This document shows positions 9,671 through 21,302 of a stretch of DNA of 43,696 bases, one piece after another (position 1 is the stretch's first letter; every line of letters begins with the position of its first letter). The position numbers were made by a program, and so were the translations under genes. Where the stretch lies: assembly GCA_964424715.1 (NCBI GenBank), contig CAYRJW010000001.1, positions 1 through 43,696 of the forward strand, written 5' to 3'. The notes under the pieces were generated by a model. The model did no database searches and had not been told where the DNA came from. It saw only the letters and a program-made list of their open reading frames with translations. This stretch comes from an uncultured Rickettsiales bacterium (GTDB lineage: Bacteria; Pseudomonadota; Alphaproteobacteria; Rickettsiales; UBA8987).

Positions 9671-12217
9671 ATGAATTACAATCACAAAGACATCGAACCA
9701 AAATGGCAGCAATACTGGGAAAGTAATGGCCATTTCAAAACTGATATAAGGTCATCAAAACCAAAATACTATGTGTTGGAAATGTTCCCTTATCCTTCCG
9801 GCAGGATACATATGGGGCATCTTCGCAATTATTCCATAGGCGATGTTGTGGCCCGGTTCTTCAAGGCAAAAGGCTATGATGTACTACACCCGATGGGCTG
9901 GGATGCGTTCGGCCTTCCTGCCGAGAATGCGGCTATCAAGAATAAATCACACCCGGAAAAGTGGACACATGCGAATATAGATTTCATGCGCTCGCAATTA
10001 AAGCCGATAGGCTTTTCATATGATTGGGAAAGGGAAGTGGCAACGTGCGATGCTGATTACTACAAACATGAACAGAAGATGTTCCTGGATTTTTACGCGA
10101 ACGGCCTTGCATATCGCAAAGAATCGAATGTGAACTGGGACCCGGTTGACCAGACCGTTCTGGCGAACGAACAGGTGATAGATGGTAAAGGCTGGCGCAG
10201 CGGTGCCGCGGTTGAGATAAAGAAACTGAACCAGTGGTTCTTAAAGATTTCTGATTTCTCGCAGGAATTACTTGATGGCATTGATACTCTTACAGAATGG
10301 CCTGAGAAAGTGCGGCTGATGCAGAAGAACTGGATAGGCAAATCAGAAGGTGCTGAGATACATTTCCAGATAGTCGGCAAAGAACAGAAGATAGAAGTAT
10401 TCACCACCCGCCCGGATACTATATTTGGTGCCTCTTTCGTGGGCATTGCGGCGGAACATCCCATCGCGCTGGAACTGGCGAAAAGTAATAATGAAATAAA
10501 AACATTCGTGGAAGAATGCCGCAGTCTTGGTGTTACCGCAGAGGCGATAGATAAGGCCGAGAAGAAAGGCGTATTCACCGGGCTTGAGGTAGAACACCCA
10601 TTCATACCTGGTAAGAAGCTGCCGGTATATATCGCTAACTTCATCCTGATGGGCTATGGCACCGGCGCTGTGTTCGGCTGCCCGGCGCACGACCAGCGCG
10701 ATCTGGATTTTGCGCGTAAATATGGATTAGAGGCCACCGTAGTTGTTTCCCCGGAAGGTAATGCAGAATTTGTGGTTGGTACCGAGGCTTATACAGAAGA
10801 TGGCATTCTGGTCAACTCCGGCCCTTTCAATGGAATGAATGTTGCTGATGCCAAGAAAGAAGCGATCAGAAAATTAGAGGAAAAGAATATCGGCAAGGGC
10901 CGTATAACCTATAAGCTGCGCGACTGGGGCGTTTCACGCCAGCGTTACTGGGGTTGCCCTATACCGGTGATATATTGTGATTCCTGTGGTACGGTGGCGG
11001 TTCCTGAGAGCGACCTGCCGGTGAAATTGCCGGAAGATGTTAAGTTCGATGGCAAAGGAAACCCTATCGCCAACCACCCGACATGGAAACACTGCAAATG
11101 CCCGACATGCGGTAAAGATGCAGTAAGGGAAACTGACACATTCGATACATTCTTTGAATCATCATGGTATTTTTTCCGTTTCGTGAATCCGAAACTTTCG
11201 GATAAGGCATTTGATAAAGCTGATGTGGAAAAATGGTTACCGGTTGATCAGTATATCGGCGGTATCGAGCATGCCATATTGCACCTGTTATATGCGCGGT
11301 TCTTTACGCGTGCACTTAAAAGATGTGGCTACCACGATATATCTGAACCGTTCAAGGCGCTTCTAACGCAGGGCATGGTCTGCCATGAGACCTATCAGGA
11401 TGATACCGGCAACTGGTTATATCCGGAAGAGGTAAAAAGAACAAAAGACGGATATATCAGCAACGAAGGTAAAAAGGTAAATGTCGGCCCTTCCATAAAA
11501 ATGAGCAAATCGAAATCCAACACGGTGGACCCGGATGCTATTGTTGAGAAGTACGGCGCAGATACAGCGCGGCTTTTCATGCTGTCCGATTCCCCGCCGG
11601 AGCGTGACCTTGAATGGAGCGATACCGGGGTTGAAGGCTGTTACAAATACCTTAACCGGCTGTGGAAGCTTTCTGAAGGGCTGGAGACCGGTGGCAATGA
11701 GGAAGGGCTTGCAGATGTGACAGGCGGACTGCTTGAGGTTCGCAAGACCACACATAAGACCATTCATAATATCACACGCGATCTGGAAGGTTTCCATTTC
11801 AACAAAGCAGTGGCGCGGATAAGGGAACTTACCAATGCGCTTGAAAAGATGGATCGGGATTCGCAAGCTGCAAACGCAGTGTTCAGAGAAGGATATAAGG
11901 CGGCGTTAAAACTGTTTAACCCGTTCATACCGCATATAACCGAGGAACTGTGGCAGAAGCTCGGCGACAAAAACTCTCTGATAGAAACAGGCTGGCCGGT
12001 TGCGAACCCGGAATTGCTGGTTGATGATACGGTAACGCTTGCGATACAGGTGAATGGTAAACTCCGCGCAACGATAGAGATCGGCAAAGATATGACAAAA
12101 GAAGAAGTCGAAAAACTTGCATTTAGCGATCCAAAGGTGAATACTCATCTGGAAGGAAAGCAAATCAGGAAGGTGATCTATGTACCAAACAAGATATTCA
12201 ATGTCGTCGCTGCTTAG
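9671..12217 (+). CDS. leuS: leucine--tRNA ligase
   Basis: 848 aa. It has class I HIGH (HMGHLRNY) and KMSKS (KMSKSKSN) motifs and a CP1 editing domain. Confidence 0.97.
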   Translation: MNYNHKDIEPKWQQYWESNGHFKTDIRSSKPKYYVLEMFPYPSGRIHMGHLRNYSIGDVVARFFKAKGYDVLHPMGWDAFGLPAENAAIKNKSHPEKWTHANIDFMRSQLKPIGFSYDWEREVATCDADYYKHEQKMFLDFYANGLAYRKESNVNWDPVDQTVLANEQVIDGKGWRSGAAVEIKKLNQWFLKISDFSQELLDGIDTLTEWPEKVRLMQKNWIGKSEGAEIHFQIVGKEQKIEVFTTRPDTIFGASFVGIAAEHPIALELAKSNNEIKTFVEECRSLGVTAEAIDKAEKKGVFTGLEVEHPFIPGKKLPVYIANFILMGYGTGAVFGCPAHDQRDLDFARKYGLEATVVVSPEGNAEFVVGTEAYTEDGILVNSGPFNGMNVADAKKEAIRKLEEKNIGKGRITYKLRDWGVSRQRYWGCPIPVIYCDSCGTVAVPESDLPVKLPEDVKFDGKGNPIANHPTWKHCKCPTCGKDAVRETDTFDTFFESSWYFFRFVNPKLSDKAFDKADVEKWLPVDQYIGGIEHAILHLLYARFFTRALKRCGYHDISEPFKALLTQGMVCHETYQDDTGNWLYPEEVKRTKDGYISNEGKKVNVGPSIKMSKSKSNTVDPDAIVEKYGADTARLFMLSDSPPERDLEWSDTGVEGCYKYLNRLWKLSEGLETGGNEEGLADVTGGLLEVRKTTHKTIHNITRDLEGFHFNKAVARIRELTNALEKMDRDSQAANAVFREGYKAALKLFNPFIPHITEELWQKLGDKNSLIETGWPVANPELLVDDTVTLAIQVNGKLRATIEIGKDMTKEEVEKLAFSDPKVNTHLEGKQIRKVIYVPNKIFNVVAA

Positions 12218-12698
12218 CAGCTTAGTTATAGTGCTGTTACTTGCATCATGCGGGTTCAAGCCGCTTTATGCGAAGAAGGATGGCGAGCGTTCACACTCAT
12301 GCACCAACTTCACCGTGGAGAAGGTAAAGACCCTGCGCGTTCCGGGGCAGAAGATGCAGTATGAATTACAGGATGCACTGAATCAGGCCTGCATAAACCA
12401 GGAGAAGGAATACAGGATAGCGGTTGATGTTGTGAAGGCAAAAGGCGGCATCGCGATACAGCGCAACAGGGCGATAACGAGATATAACCTTACGCTCACC
12501 GGCAATTATAAAGTATATGAGAGCGGCTCGGAAAAACCCGTATATACAGGCTCCAGCACTATGATAGGCGGTTATGATGCGGTGGTCTCCGACTATGGCA
12601 CTTATGCGCTGGAAGAAGATACGCAAACCAAACTGATGGAAGAGATGGCCAACGATATGGCGCTTCGCATATCATCACAGCTGCTCAGGAAAAAATGA
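12180..12698 (+). CDS. lptE: LPS-assembly lipoprotein LptE
   Basis: Lipobox [11 protein letters not shown], about 170 aa, in the canonical leuS-lptE-holA position. It overlaps the leuS 3' end; an alternative start lies at 12201. Confidence 0.8.
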   Translation: MYQTRYSMSSLLSSLVIVLLLASCGFKPLYAKKDGERSHSCTNFTVEKVKTLRVPGQKMQYELQDALNQACINQEKEYRIAVDVVKAKGGIAIQRNRAITRYNLTLTGNYKVYESGSEKPVYTGSSTMIGGYDAVVSDYGTYALEEDTQTKLMEEMANDMALRISSQLLRKK

Positions 12699-13732
12699 AG
12701 ATACCTCCGGCAAGAACGCAGAGTTTTGTAAATGACATTGAGAAGTCGCAATACTTCGCAGTGCTGATATATGGCCCGGATGGCGGCGCGGTATCAAATC
12801 TTGCGAGCAAACTGGCGGGCAAGATAGTACGCGATCCGAATGACCCGTTCACTGCGACCACGGTTGATAATAACAGGATAAGTGAAGAGCCTACCATCAT
12901 ATATGATGAGATGTCGGCGATAAGCCTGTTCGGCGACAAGAAACTCATAATGTTCAGAAATGCCGAGAATAATAAGGATACTGTGGAGGCCATAGAATCT
13001 GCGGTCTCCGGCATCCCGCAATCAGCCAGGAAAGCGAGCTTCCTGATAGTTACGGCGGGTGATCTGCCACCAACTTCGGCACTCAGGAAGTTCTTTGATG
13101 CGAATGATAGTTGTGCTTCCATCGCGTGCTATGTTGAGGATGAAAGAGACCTTGCTGCAAAGATAACGCGGCTTTTTGCGGGCAGGAAGATGCGCGCGGC
13201 GGAAAGAGGGGTGATAGAATATCTGGCGGATTCCTGCCAGGGAGACAGCAACATCATTGAGATGGAAATAGAAAAGCTGGAATTATATTTAGGCGACAGG
13301 AAGGATGTTCGGCTTGAAGATGTGCTTGCAACTACCGGCAACACTACCGAAGTTGAGATACAGGATATCAGCAATTTCGTGTGCGAGAACAAGATATCCG
13401 CCGCGCAGATAGCGGTGAAAAGGGCGATGGATGCAGGTGTTGCGCCGATATTCATTATAAGATCATTGCAGCGATATATCGAAAAACTACATGGTTGCGT
13501 CGATCAGGTAAATGAAGGCAAAACGGTCGAGACCGCAATGGCATCACTCCGCCCGCCGATATTTTTCAAGCAGGCGCCGGTGTTCAGGGTGCATTTGAAT
13601 AACATGATGAAGAAGCCTGCCGATAAGATATGGAACTCATATAAAATATTATATAACGCCGAAAGCGAACTGAAGGAAAGCGGCAGCGAGCCGGAGCTTA
13701 TCACTAGCAGGGCCATCGCCAGTATATTATGA
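12695..13732 (+). CDS. holA: DNA polymerase III subunit delta
   Basis: 345 aa. It has 4-nt overlap coupling with lptE, the canonical synteny, and an N-terminus (...YFAVLIYGPD...) typical of HolA. Confidence 0.85.
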   Translation: MKIPPARTQSFVNDIEKSQYFAVLIYGPDGGAVSNLASKLAGKIVRDPNDPFTATTVDNNRISEEPTIIYDEMSAISLFGDKKLIMFRNAENNKDTVEAIESAVSGIPQSARKASFLIVTAGDLPPTSALRKFFDANDSCASIACYVEDERDLAAKITRLFAGRKMRAAERGVIEYLADSCQGDSNIIEMEIEKLELYLGDRKDVRLEDVLATTGNTTEVEIQDISNFVCENKISAAQIAVKRAMDAGVAPIFIIRSLQRYIEKLHGCVDQVNEGKTVETAMASLRPPIFFKQAPVFRVHLNNMMKKPADKIWNSYKILYNAESELKESGSEPELITSRAIASIL

Positions 13733-14166
13733 CCATAAAAAAAACTCATCGGAAAATTCGCAAAAAAGTTTTGTTCCTGTGTCCCGGTAATTCGGCAAGG
13801 AGCCTTATGGCCGAGGCGATACTTAACCATTTCAGCAAAGATAAATATCATGCATACAGCGCCGGAGGCAATCTTTCCGGGAAGATAAATCCGATGGCGA
13901 TAAAAGTTCTGGAGGCATATAAAGTTCCCACCCATAAATTAAAAAGCAGATCATGGGAAGAATATGCCGGCAAGAGTTTTGATATCATAGTTACCGTCTG
14001 CAACAATGCCGCAGATGAATCCTGCCCGATATTCCCGGCCAATCTTAAAAAGATGCACTGGAACATTCCCGATCCCGGCAAATTAAAACGTACCGAGCTT
14101 TCCAAGCTTGAAGATTTTTATAAAACTTACCGCGCACTCAAGCTTAAGGTTGAGACGCATTTTTGA
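13729..14166 (+). CDS. low-molecular-weight phosphatase / ArsC (thioredoxin-coupled type) family protein
   Basis: P-loop C-x-G-N-x-x-R-S (LCPGNSARS) plus a downstream Cys pair (VCNNAADESCP). ATGA overlap with holA. Confidence 0.75.
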   Translation: MTIKKTHRKIRKKVLFLCPGNSARSLMAEAILNHFSKDKYHAYSAGGNLSGKINPMAIKVLEAYKVPTHKLKSRSWEEYAGKSFDIIVTVCNNAADESCPIFPANLKKMHWNIPDPGKLKRTELSKLEDFYKTYRALKLKVETHF

Positions 14167-14236
14167 TGAGAGAAAAGAGCTGGTATCCTATCCCAAAAAT
14201 CAAGCGAAAAAACACCTAAAATAGAGCAAAAATCCT

Positions 14237-14265
14237 TTGCGCTGGGGGTAAATAACCTGTATAAA
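14237..14265 (+). promoter_or_regulatory. candidate promoter for gyrA
   Basis: TTGCGC (14237-14242), a 17-nt spacer, then TATAAA (14260-14265). Pattern match only. Confidence 0.25.
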
Positions 14266-14305
14266 TTTTCATCATATATTTTTAATAGAAAACCGCAGGT
14301 TAACA

Positions 14306-17188
14306 ATGAAGTCCAATATTGCTGAGATCATTCCTATTTCGATAGAAAAAGAGATGGAGAATAGCTATCTCGATTACGCGATGAGCGTTATCGTGAGCCG
14401 CGCCATTCCTGATGCACGGGATGGGTTGAAGCCGGTTCACCGCCGCATAATATATTCGATGAATGAAACGGGCGCGCATTCTAACCGCACTTACAGAAAA
14501 TCTGCCCGTATCGTGGGTGACGTGATGGGTAAATACCACCCGCATGGTGATAGCGCGATCTATGATTCATTAGTGCGCATGGCGCAGACATTTTCCATGA
14601 GCTTGCCGCTGGTTGATGGGCAGGGTAACTTTGGTTCGGTGGATGGTGATTCCCCGGCGGCGATGCGTTATACGGAATCACGCATGGCAAAGGCTGCACA
14701 CCAGCTTATTGAAGAAATTGAAAAAGACACTATCGACTGGCGCGACAATTATGATGGCACCGAGAGAGAGCCTTCAGTTCTGCCGGCGAAATATCCGAAT
14801 TTATTAGTTAACGGTTCAAGTGGTATCGCGGTAGGTATGGCTACCAACATCCCGCCGCATAATCTTGGTGAGATATGTGATGGCGCATGCGCGCTTATCG
14901 ATAACCCGGATGTTACGCTTGATGAACTTACTACCATAGTTCCCGGCCCGGATTTCCCGACAGGCGGCCTGATAATCGGTAAAACACCGGCGATCAGCGC
15001 GCTGCAAACGGGCAGAGGTTCGGTTATCATTCGCGGCAAGGCGGAGATACAGGATCTGGCAGGCGGCAAGCAGGCGATAATAATCACCGAGATACCTTAC
15101 ATGGTAAACAAAGCGCATCTGGTTGAGAAGATCGCAGCGCTGGTGCGTGAGAAGAAAATTGAAGGCATCACCGATCTGCGTGATGAATCGGACAGAAGCG
15201 GTATCCGCGTTGTGGTTGAGACAAAACGCGATGCAATGGCATCTGTTATACTAAACCAGATATTCAAATTCACCTCACTGCAGACAAGCTTTGGCGTGAA
15301 CATGCTGGCGCTGGATTATGGCCGCCCGCGTGTGATGAACCTGCGTGAGATGCTGGAAGTTTTCATCGGCTTCAGGAAAGAGGTTGTTACCAGAAGAATA
15401 AGTTTTGAACTTAACAAGGCGCGTGAAAGAGCGCATGTATTGATCGGTCTTACACTGGCAGTTGATAATATTGATGAAGTTATTGCTATCATCAGGGGCT
15501 CTACCGATGTTAACATCGCTAAAGAAAGGCTGATGGAAAAATCATGGCCGGCAGCGGGTGTTGAGCCGCTTATAAAACTTGTGGAAGATGAATATAACGT
15601 AGTTGTTAAAGGAAAATGTAAATTCACCGAAGTTCAGGCAAAAGCGATACTTGAAATGAGACTGGCGCGCTTAACAGGTCTTGAGCGTGAGAAAATTACG
15701 CAGGAACTTGACGGGCTTGCGGAAAATATTAAAAAATTCCTTTCCATCCTTGGCGACAGCATTCAGCTTATGAACATAATCAGAACTGAGCTTACCGAGA
15801 TAAAAGAACAATTCGCCGTTCCGCGCAGAACTATCATTGAAGCGCAGGGGCTTGAGGAAGATATTGAAGACCTTATCGCGCGTGAGGATATGGTGGTTAC
15901 CGTTACTATGGATGGTTACATCAAACGCGTGCCGCTTTCCACTTACCGTGCGCAGAAACGCGGTGGCAAGGGCCGCAGCGGTATCGACCTGAAAGAAGAA
16001 GATATCACGACGCAGGTTTTCATCGCCAACACTCATACGCCAATGTTATTCTTCTCGACAAAAGGTAAGGCGTATAAACTTAAAACATTCCGTCTGCCGC
16101 TTGGCAACCCGCAATCACGCGGGCGCAGCATGGTGAATATATTCCCGCTGGAACAGAATGAGAAAATAAACGTGATAATGCCTCTGCCGGAGAATGAGGA
16201 TGACTGGAATAAACTTTCCATCGTGTTCGCAACGGCGAAAGGAAATGTGAGAAGGAACCTTCTCTCTGATTTCCAATCCATCCGCGCGAATGGTAAAATT
16301 GCGATAGGATTGCAGGATGGTGATGAGTTAATTAGTGTTTCAGTCACTAACGAGAAAGACCATATCCTTCTGGCATCATATGAAGGTAACGCGCTGCGTT
16401 GCCCGGTTGCAGGGCTTCGTGTGTTCAAGGGAAGGAATTCTTCCGGCGTGCGCGGCATGAATCTGCAAGGCAAAGATAAGGTCATCTCAATGGCGATATT
16501 AAGCGGCACTGCTTATGATACGGAAACCAGGGATGAATATCTGAAGCTTCCGCTTGAGGCAAGAATGCAAGTGGCAACAATTCTGCCATCGCTTTATTCG
16601 CCTGAATCAGAATTGCGTCCGGGCTCTTTTGAAGAGGGTGAGAATATTACGCTCGCAGGGCTTCGTAAATCCGGCAATAATGAGATAGCTGATAAATTAG
16701 ATGAGGTGTTCAAGGCAAACCCTGTGAATATCCCGGCTGATAAGGTTATTGAATATGCGTGCGGTGAGCAGTTCATTCTGACCGTTACTGAAAATGGTTT
16801 TGGTAAACGTTCAAGCGCTTATGAATATCGTATCACTAACCGCGGCGGTAAAGGTGTTACCAACATCGTTACCAGCGAGAGGAACGGCAATGTATGTGCC
16901 AGCTTCCCGGTGCGTAACAATGATCAGATAATGCTGGTCACTAATGCCGGTAAACTTATCCGTTGCCCGGTGAATGAGATACGTATCGCCGGCAGGAATA
17001 CGCAGGGTGTCACTATTTTCCGCATCGAGGAAAAAGAGAAAGTGATCTCGGCGGCACATATCGAATTCCGCGAACAGGATGCGTCTGAAATGGCCGAGGA
17101 AGCCATTGAAGCGGCAGAAGAGGCCGGCCCGATATCGGTTGTAGAAGGCGATGCGGTGGATGATTCTAACAATGAGACTCAAGAATAA
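14306..17188 (+). CDS. gyrA: DNA gyrase subunit A
   Basis: 960 aa with [28 protein letters not shown], active-site AAMRYTE and QRDR-like [10 protein letters not shown]. It also has a beta-pinwheel CTD and an acidic tail. Confidence 0.97.
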   Translation: MKSNIAEIIPISIEKEMENSYLDYAMSVIVSRAIPDARDGLKPVHRRIIYSMNETGAHSNRTYRKSARIVGDVMGKYHPHGDSAIYDSLVRMAQTFSMSLPLVDGQGNFGSVDGDSPAAMRYTESRMAKAAHQLIEEIEKDTIDWRDNYDGTEREPSVLPAKYPNLLVNGSSGIAVGMATNIPPHNLGEICDGACALIDNPDVTLDELTTIVPGPDFPTGGLIIGKTPAISALQTGRGSVIIRGKAEIQDLAGGKQAIIITEIPYMVNKAHLVEKIAALVREKKIEGITDLRDESDRSGIRVVVETKRDAMASVILNQIFKFTSLQTSFGVNMLALDYGRPRVMNLREMLEVFIGFRKEVVTRRISFELNKARERAHVLIGLTLAVDNIDEVIAIIRGSTDVNIAKERLMEKSWPAAGVEPLIKLVEDEYNVVVKGKCKFTEVQAKAILEMRLARLTGLEREKITQELDGLAENIKKFLSILGDSIQLMNIIRTELTEIKEQFAVPRRTIIEAQGLEEDIEDLIAREDMVVTVTMDGYIKRVPLSTYRAQKRGGKGRSGIDLKEEDITTQVFIANTHTPMLFFSTKGKAYKLKTFRLPLGNPQSRGRSMVNIFPLEQNEKINVIMPLPENEDDWNKLSIVFATAKGNVRRNLLSDFQSIRANGKIAIGLQDGDELISVSVTNEKDHILLASYEGNALRCPVAGLRVFKGRNSSGVRGMNLQGKDKVISMAILSGTAYDTETRDEYLKLPLEARMQVATILPSLYSPESELRPGSFEEGENITLAGLRKSGNNEIADKLDEVFKANPVNIPADKVIEYACGEQFILTVTENGFGKRSSAYEYRITNRGGKGVTNIVTSERNGNVCASFPVRNNDQIMLVTNAGKLIRCPVNEIRIAGRNTQGVTIFRIEEKEKVISAAHIEFREQDASEMAEEAIEAAEEAGPISVVEGDAVDDSNNETQE

Positions 17189-18097
17189 ATGTTCGCAAAG
17201 GGCTCTTTTTTACTGAAACTGAAGCATCTCGCAGAACTGGCCGTGGTATTGCCGCTGTTCTTTCTGCTTAAGATATTGCCGTTTGCGGTATCGTCTTTTC
17301 TGCTCGGTAAATTGCTGCGGTTGCTTGGAAGGAATCATAAGTCTCACCAGACGGCGCTTAAGAATATAAAACACTGTTTTCCTGAAAAAACCGATGCGGA
17401 GATCGGGGATATCGCCCTGAACTCATGGGAAAATCTTGGCAGGATAGCGGGCGAATTGCCGCATATAGTTTCCTACCAGCAGGGCAGGATGCAGGAGCTG
17501 GCGCCTATATCAGGAATAGAGAATCTTGAGGAGGCAGAAAGATTCGCGAAGGAAAATAATACCGGCATAGTGCTGATGACGGCCCATATCGGTAACTGGG
17601 AACTGGCCGCGCGCACAGCACTGATACTGGACCCGGAAACAGCGCTGATATACCGCAAGGCGAACAACCCTTATGTAGATGCGCTGATACAGAATCTGCG
17701 TGGAAAATATACCGATTTTATCATACCCAAAGGTGATAAAAGCGGGGTGCGGGATATTTTAAAACATCTTAAAAGCGGCGGCAGTCTCGCCATGCTCGCA
17801 GACCAGAAAATAAGTGCCGGGGTTGATGTCAGATTCTTTGAGACCACGGTAAAAGCGCCATCTTCAGCTGGTGAATTCAGTCTAAAATATAATACGCCGG
17901 TGGTTACTTTCAGGGCGGTGCGGGATGAGATAGCGAAAACATCTTTCGTGGTGAAATTCGATAAGCCGATATATTCCGAGGGCAGAAGCCCGGAGGAGAT
18001 AATGCAGCTTATATATAATAATTACGAACGCTGGATAAGGGAATATCCGAACCAGTGGTTCTGGCAACATAACCGGTTCGAGCTGGCGAAGAAGTAG
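17189..18097 (+). CDS. lysophospholipid / lipid A late acyltransferase (LpxL/HtrB family)
   Basis: N-terminal membrane anchor and an H-x4-E acyltransferase motif (HIGNWE), about 300 aa. The start abuts the gyrA stop (TAAATG). Confidence 0.7.
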   Translation: MFAKGSFLLKLKHLAELAVVLPLFFLLKILPFAVSSFLLGKLLRLLGRNHKSHQTALKNIKHCFPEKTDAEIGDIALNSWENLGRIAGELPHIVSYQQGRMQELAPISGIENLEEAERFAKENNTGIVLMTAHIGNWELAARTALILDPETALIYRKANNPYVDALIQNLRGKYTDFIIPKGDKSGVRDILKHLKSGGSLAMLADQKISAGVDVRFFETTVKAPSSAGEFSLKYNTPVVTFRAVRDEIAKTSFVVKFDKPIYSEGRSPEEIMQLIYNNYERWIREYPNQWFWQHNRFELAKK

Positions 18098-18099
18098 TT

Positions 18100-19341
18100 T
18101 TATTTTTCAGGTGGGCTCTCAAAATATTTCAGCAAAGAAGGGTCTTTCTTTGCGCCTTCTATTATTTTATCTTCCAATATCTGCGAGGCTGTGTTGGAAG
18201 TTGCAGGAACCACTGCCGCACCTGCTTCGATGGAGATATCGTTGATGAGCTTATCATCGGGGTTCGCACCTAAATGTCCGGAGATAAGGTCCTCAAAATT
18301 CTTGTTGGACTCATCGCAGAGATTGACAAATACATCATCATAGGAAGCCCCGGTCTTGTTGAGGCGCCAGCCTCTCTCGCTGGTCAGGGAGTAATATCCG
18401 AATTCTCTGGCAGGGTTCTGGAACAGGAAACAATATTTATCATTTCGGCTGAAATAGTAGGTTCCGCGAATGCCGTAAGTGAAGAATTCATGGCGCTGAA
18501 GTAATTTAGGCGAGGATTTTTCCGGCAGCATTTTATCTATGAATTTCGGGTACTCACCGTTTTCATAATAATATCTATCAACTTTCAGCTTTACTTCATC
18601 TATGTAATGTTTTGCGTCTGCTACATCTTTGTTATTATATATTTCCCCGAGAGGAATGGAGGTTACGGGCAGAATGAGCAGGAGAAGGAAAAAACTGCAT
18701 AGAATCAGATTTCTTTTAAGGCCAGAAAAACTGAATTTACCGTTAATTACCCAGTAGGCCATAAGTGAGACAAATCCCGAGATAATGGCTATTGCAGCGA
18801 GGCCCAGGAATAATCTGAAGCTGAATGAAAGCCAGAGCATATCAAAACTTATTTTCCCGAACAGGCCGCCAGCCAGGGGGGTTATCTGCTCGAAATGACC
18901 GCGGCCGGTATAAGCAAAAACAGGGATGGAAATTATGGTTATTATTGTGGTGGCGGATAGTAAGAATTTTGTTTTGGAAGGTAACAGTATAAGCGTAAGA
19001 AAAATATTAAATAATATGAAACACCACAGGTAATATGACAGGGTGAACCATTCTATACCGTATCTTTCAGGCTCGGCGATCTGTTTTAGGGCGGTATCGG
19101 CAATGAAGAAGCAGACAGCAATACGGATAAGGGAGGATATAACCAGAGCATAATTATTGGTGAGTTTTTTTGAGAAAACTACCATAGTTACTATTGCGGC
19201 AAATATTACGAATATCAGGGTAAAACTGATCGTGCTTATACACATGGTTTTAATGGATCCTGATGCCGCACATATCTCGGCAGGCATGGGCAGGTGGAAG
19301 GATAGGAAAATACTGTTTATATAGTATATCAGAAGGTCCAT
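18100..19341 (-). CDS. hypothetical polytopic membrane protein with a roughly 175-aa soluble C-terminal domain
   Basis: About 6-7 hydrophobic helices lie in the first ~235 aa. The hydrophilic C-terminus begins AKHYIDEVKLKVDRYYYENGEYPKFIDKML. I recognise no family. The start codon is uncertain (several in-frame Met). Confidence 0.6.
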   Translation of the reverse strand: MDLLIYYINSIFLSFHLPMPAEICAASGSIKTMCISTISFTLIFVIFAAIVTMVVFSKKLTNNYALVISSLIRIAVCFFIADTALKQIAEPERYGIEWFTLSYYLWCFILFNIFLTLILLPSKTKFLLSATTIITIISIPVFAYTGRGHFEQITPLAGGLFGKISFDMLWLSFSFRLFLGLAAIAIISGFVSLMAYWVINGKFSFSGLKRNLILCSFFLLLLILPVTSIPLGEIYNNKDVADAKHYIDEVKLKVDRYYYENGEYPKFIDKMLPEKSSPKLLQRHEFFTYGIRGTYYFSRNDKYCFLFQNPAREFGYYSLTSERGWRLNKTGASYDDVFVNLCDESNKNFEDLISGHLGANPDDKLINDISIEAGAAVVPATSNTASQILEDKIIEGAKKDPSLLKYFESPPEK

Positions 19342-19395
19342 AAATATATAATTTAAAGCTAGACTTACGCAGGTAAAACCTATACCAAAAACAAT

Positions 19396-20118
19396 ATGTC
19401 AAATCTAGTTAAAAGAAGCCTTTCGGCATTAATTCTAGCGCCTCTGGTGGTGTATCTTATGTATTCCGGCGGGAAGCCATATCTTTATATGATACTGGTG
19501 CTGTTCCTTGGCATGTTCTATGAATGGGTGATGATAACCCGCAAGGCAGAGCAGAAACTTCTATGGTGGATATTCGGTTTTTTCTATATCGGGTTTGCAT
19601 GCATGGTGATGCTGTTCTTAGAAAGGATGCGTTATGATTTCGCAGGCTTCCATAAAGTGCCGGTGCTACTGTTCCTGCTTGCGATACTGGTCTGGCTCAA
19701 CGATATATTCTCTTATGTCTTTGGTAAAGGTTTGGGCGGTCCAAAATTAATGCCGAAAGTTTCGCCGAATAAAACATGGGCGGGAACGGTTGGCGGTGTT
19801 GTTGCATGTGTGGCATTCTTTTTCATCATGAATTATTCGATAGGCTTTGGTGCCAATATAATTTCTGATGAGGTTTTCATGATAGCGCTCGGGATACATA
19901 TAATTGTTCCTATAATCGCGCTTATCGGCGACCTGTTCGAATCTATGGTGAAAAGAAAATTCGGTGTTAAGGATTCGGGAAGTATAATTCCTGGGCATGG
20001 CGGCATACTTGACAGGATGGATGGCATGTTACTGGTGATGAACGTAACAGGTGCGCTGTTCTATATAATGTTTGCCATCAAAGCCGGGCAGCTTGCCGCA
20101 CAGGGAGTTACGGTATAA
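19396..20118 (+). CDS. cdsA: phosphatidate cytidylyltransferase
   Basis: 240-aa polytopic protein. The C-terminal signature SMVKRKFGVKDSGSIIPGHGGILDRMD is the CdsA motif. Confidence 0.92.
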   Translation: MSNLVKRSLSALILAPLVVYLMYSGGKPYLYMILVLFLGMFYEWVMITRKAEQKLLWWIFGFFYIGFACMVMLFLERMRYDFAGFHKVPVLLFLLAILVWLNDIFSYVFGKGLGGPKLMPKVSPNKTWAGTVGGVVACVAFFFIMNYSIGFGANIISDEVFMIALGIHIIVPIIALIGDLFESMVKRKFGVKDSGSIIPGHGGILDRMDGMLLVMNVTGALFYIMFAIKAGQLAAQGVTV

Positions 20119-21299
20119 TGACAAAAACAATAACCATACTCGGCGTTACCGGAAGCATTGGCCAGAACACGGCGGAACTGGTGCAGGCCAATCCGGAGAA
20201 ATTCAAAGTTAAATCTGTAATAGCGCAGAAGAGTGTTGAGAAATTAACGGCGCTTGCAAAAAGTCTGCGTGCAGAACAGGCTGTAATTGCCGATGATACA
20301 AAATATAAAGAACTGAAAGATGCGCTCGCGGGAAGTGGCATAGAAGTTGTAGCTGGGAAAGAGGCAATGCTTGAAGCGGCGGGTGAGAAGGCTGATCTGT
20401 TCCTTTCTTCAGCGGTAGGATTTTGTGCGCTGGAGCCGACACTGGCGGCGATAAGGGCTGGCAGCAATATCGGTCTTGCGAATAAGGAGTGCTTGGTTTG
20501 CGCTGGCGATCTGATGAATGATGAGGTGGCAAAAGCGGGCGTAAAACTTCTGCCGATAGATTCGGAACATAATTCGATATACCAGATATTTGATTTCAAG
20601 CGGAAGGAAGATGTTGAGAAAATAATTTTAACCGCATCAGGCGGACCATTCCGGAATTTCACTAAGGATGAACTTGCGAACATCACTCCGGCGATGGCAA
20701 TAAAACATCCTAACTGGAGCATGGGCGCTAAAATATCGGTGGATTCGGCAACGCTTATGAATAAGGGGTTGGAGGTGTTAGAGGCTTATTACCTGTTCCC
20801 GGTGGAGAAAAAGCAGATAGATGTTCTGGTGCATCCGCAATCTATAATTCACGGCCTGGTGACATATAAGGACGGCTCAATGCTGGCGGGGATGAGCTTC
20901 CCGGATATGAAGATCCCTATCTCATACGCGCTTGGATATCCTGAAAGGCTTGCCAACGATACAAAAAGAATAGACCTTGCGGCGATAGGCTCTTTGAACT
21001 TTGAGAAGCCGGATAATGATAAATTTCCATGTCTGGGCCTTGCAAGAAATGCGCTGGAACTGGGCGCAAAAGCGCCGATCGCGCTTAACGCCGCCAACGA
21101 GATCGCGGTAGAAGCCTTCCTGAACGGGCGGATAAGTTTTGTGCAGATAGCCTATGTAGTAGAAATGGTTGTAGAAAAAATAATTTCTTCTGCTAAGAAT
21201 GCGGTTGAAACTCTGGAGCAGGTGTTCGAGGTCGATCTGGAATCTCGGAAACTGGCGGAACAATTAATAAACGGTAAAATCGGAAAAAGGGCGGCTTAA
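20118..21299 (+). CDS. dxr: 1-deoxy-D-xylulose 5-phosphate reductoisomerase
   Basis: ILGVTGSIGQNT NADPH-binding N-terminus, then LANKECLV, PIDSEHNSIYQ and ILTASGGPFR. 1-nt overlap with the cdsA stop. Confidence 0.95.
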   Translation: MTKTITILGVTGSIGQNTAELVQANPEKFKVKSVIAQKSVEKLTALAKSLRAEQAVIADDTKYKELKDALAGSGIEVVAGKEAMLEAAGEKADLFLSSAVGFCALEPTLAAIRAGSNIGLANKECLVCAGDLMNDEVAKAGVKLLPIDSEHNSIYQIFDFKRKEDVEKIILTASGGPFRNFTKDELANITPAMAIKHPNWSMGAKISVDSATLMNKGLEVLEAYYLFPVEKKQIDVLVHPQSIIHGLVTYKDGSMLAGMSFPDMKIPISYALGYPERLANDTKRIDLAAIGSLNFEKPDNDKFPCLGLARNALELGAKAPIALNAANEIAVEAFLNGRISFVQIAYVVEMVVEKIISSAKNAVETLEQVFEVDLESRKLAEQLINGKIGKRAA

Positions 21300-21302
21300 A
21301 AA

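Noticed and set aside
10093-10644. Long antisense ORFs lie inside leuS, gyrA, bamA, murC and recG (for example 10093-10644, 16033-16509, 23108-23596, 40241-40798).
   Set aside because: They lie fully within strongly supported genes on the opposite strand. Their composition is Ser/Arg/Cys-skewed and they have no recognisable motifs. They are shadow ORFs.
16500-16830. A roughly 90-aa extra segment in the GyrA C-terminal domain ([13 protein letters not shown]...[25 protein letters not shown]) makes the protein 960 aa.
   Set aside because: As far as I recall, alphaproteobacterial GyrA proteins commonly carry an insertion at this position ending in the same ...LTV[ST]ENG[FY]GKR blade restart. It is probably lineage-typical, not novel.
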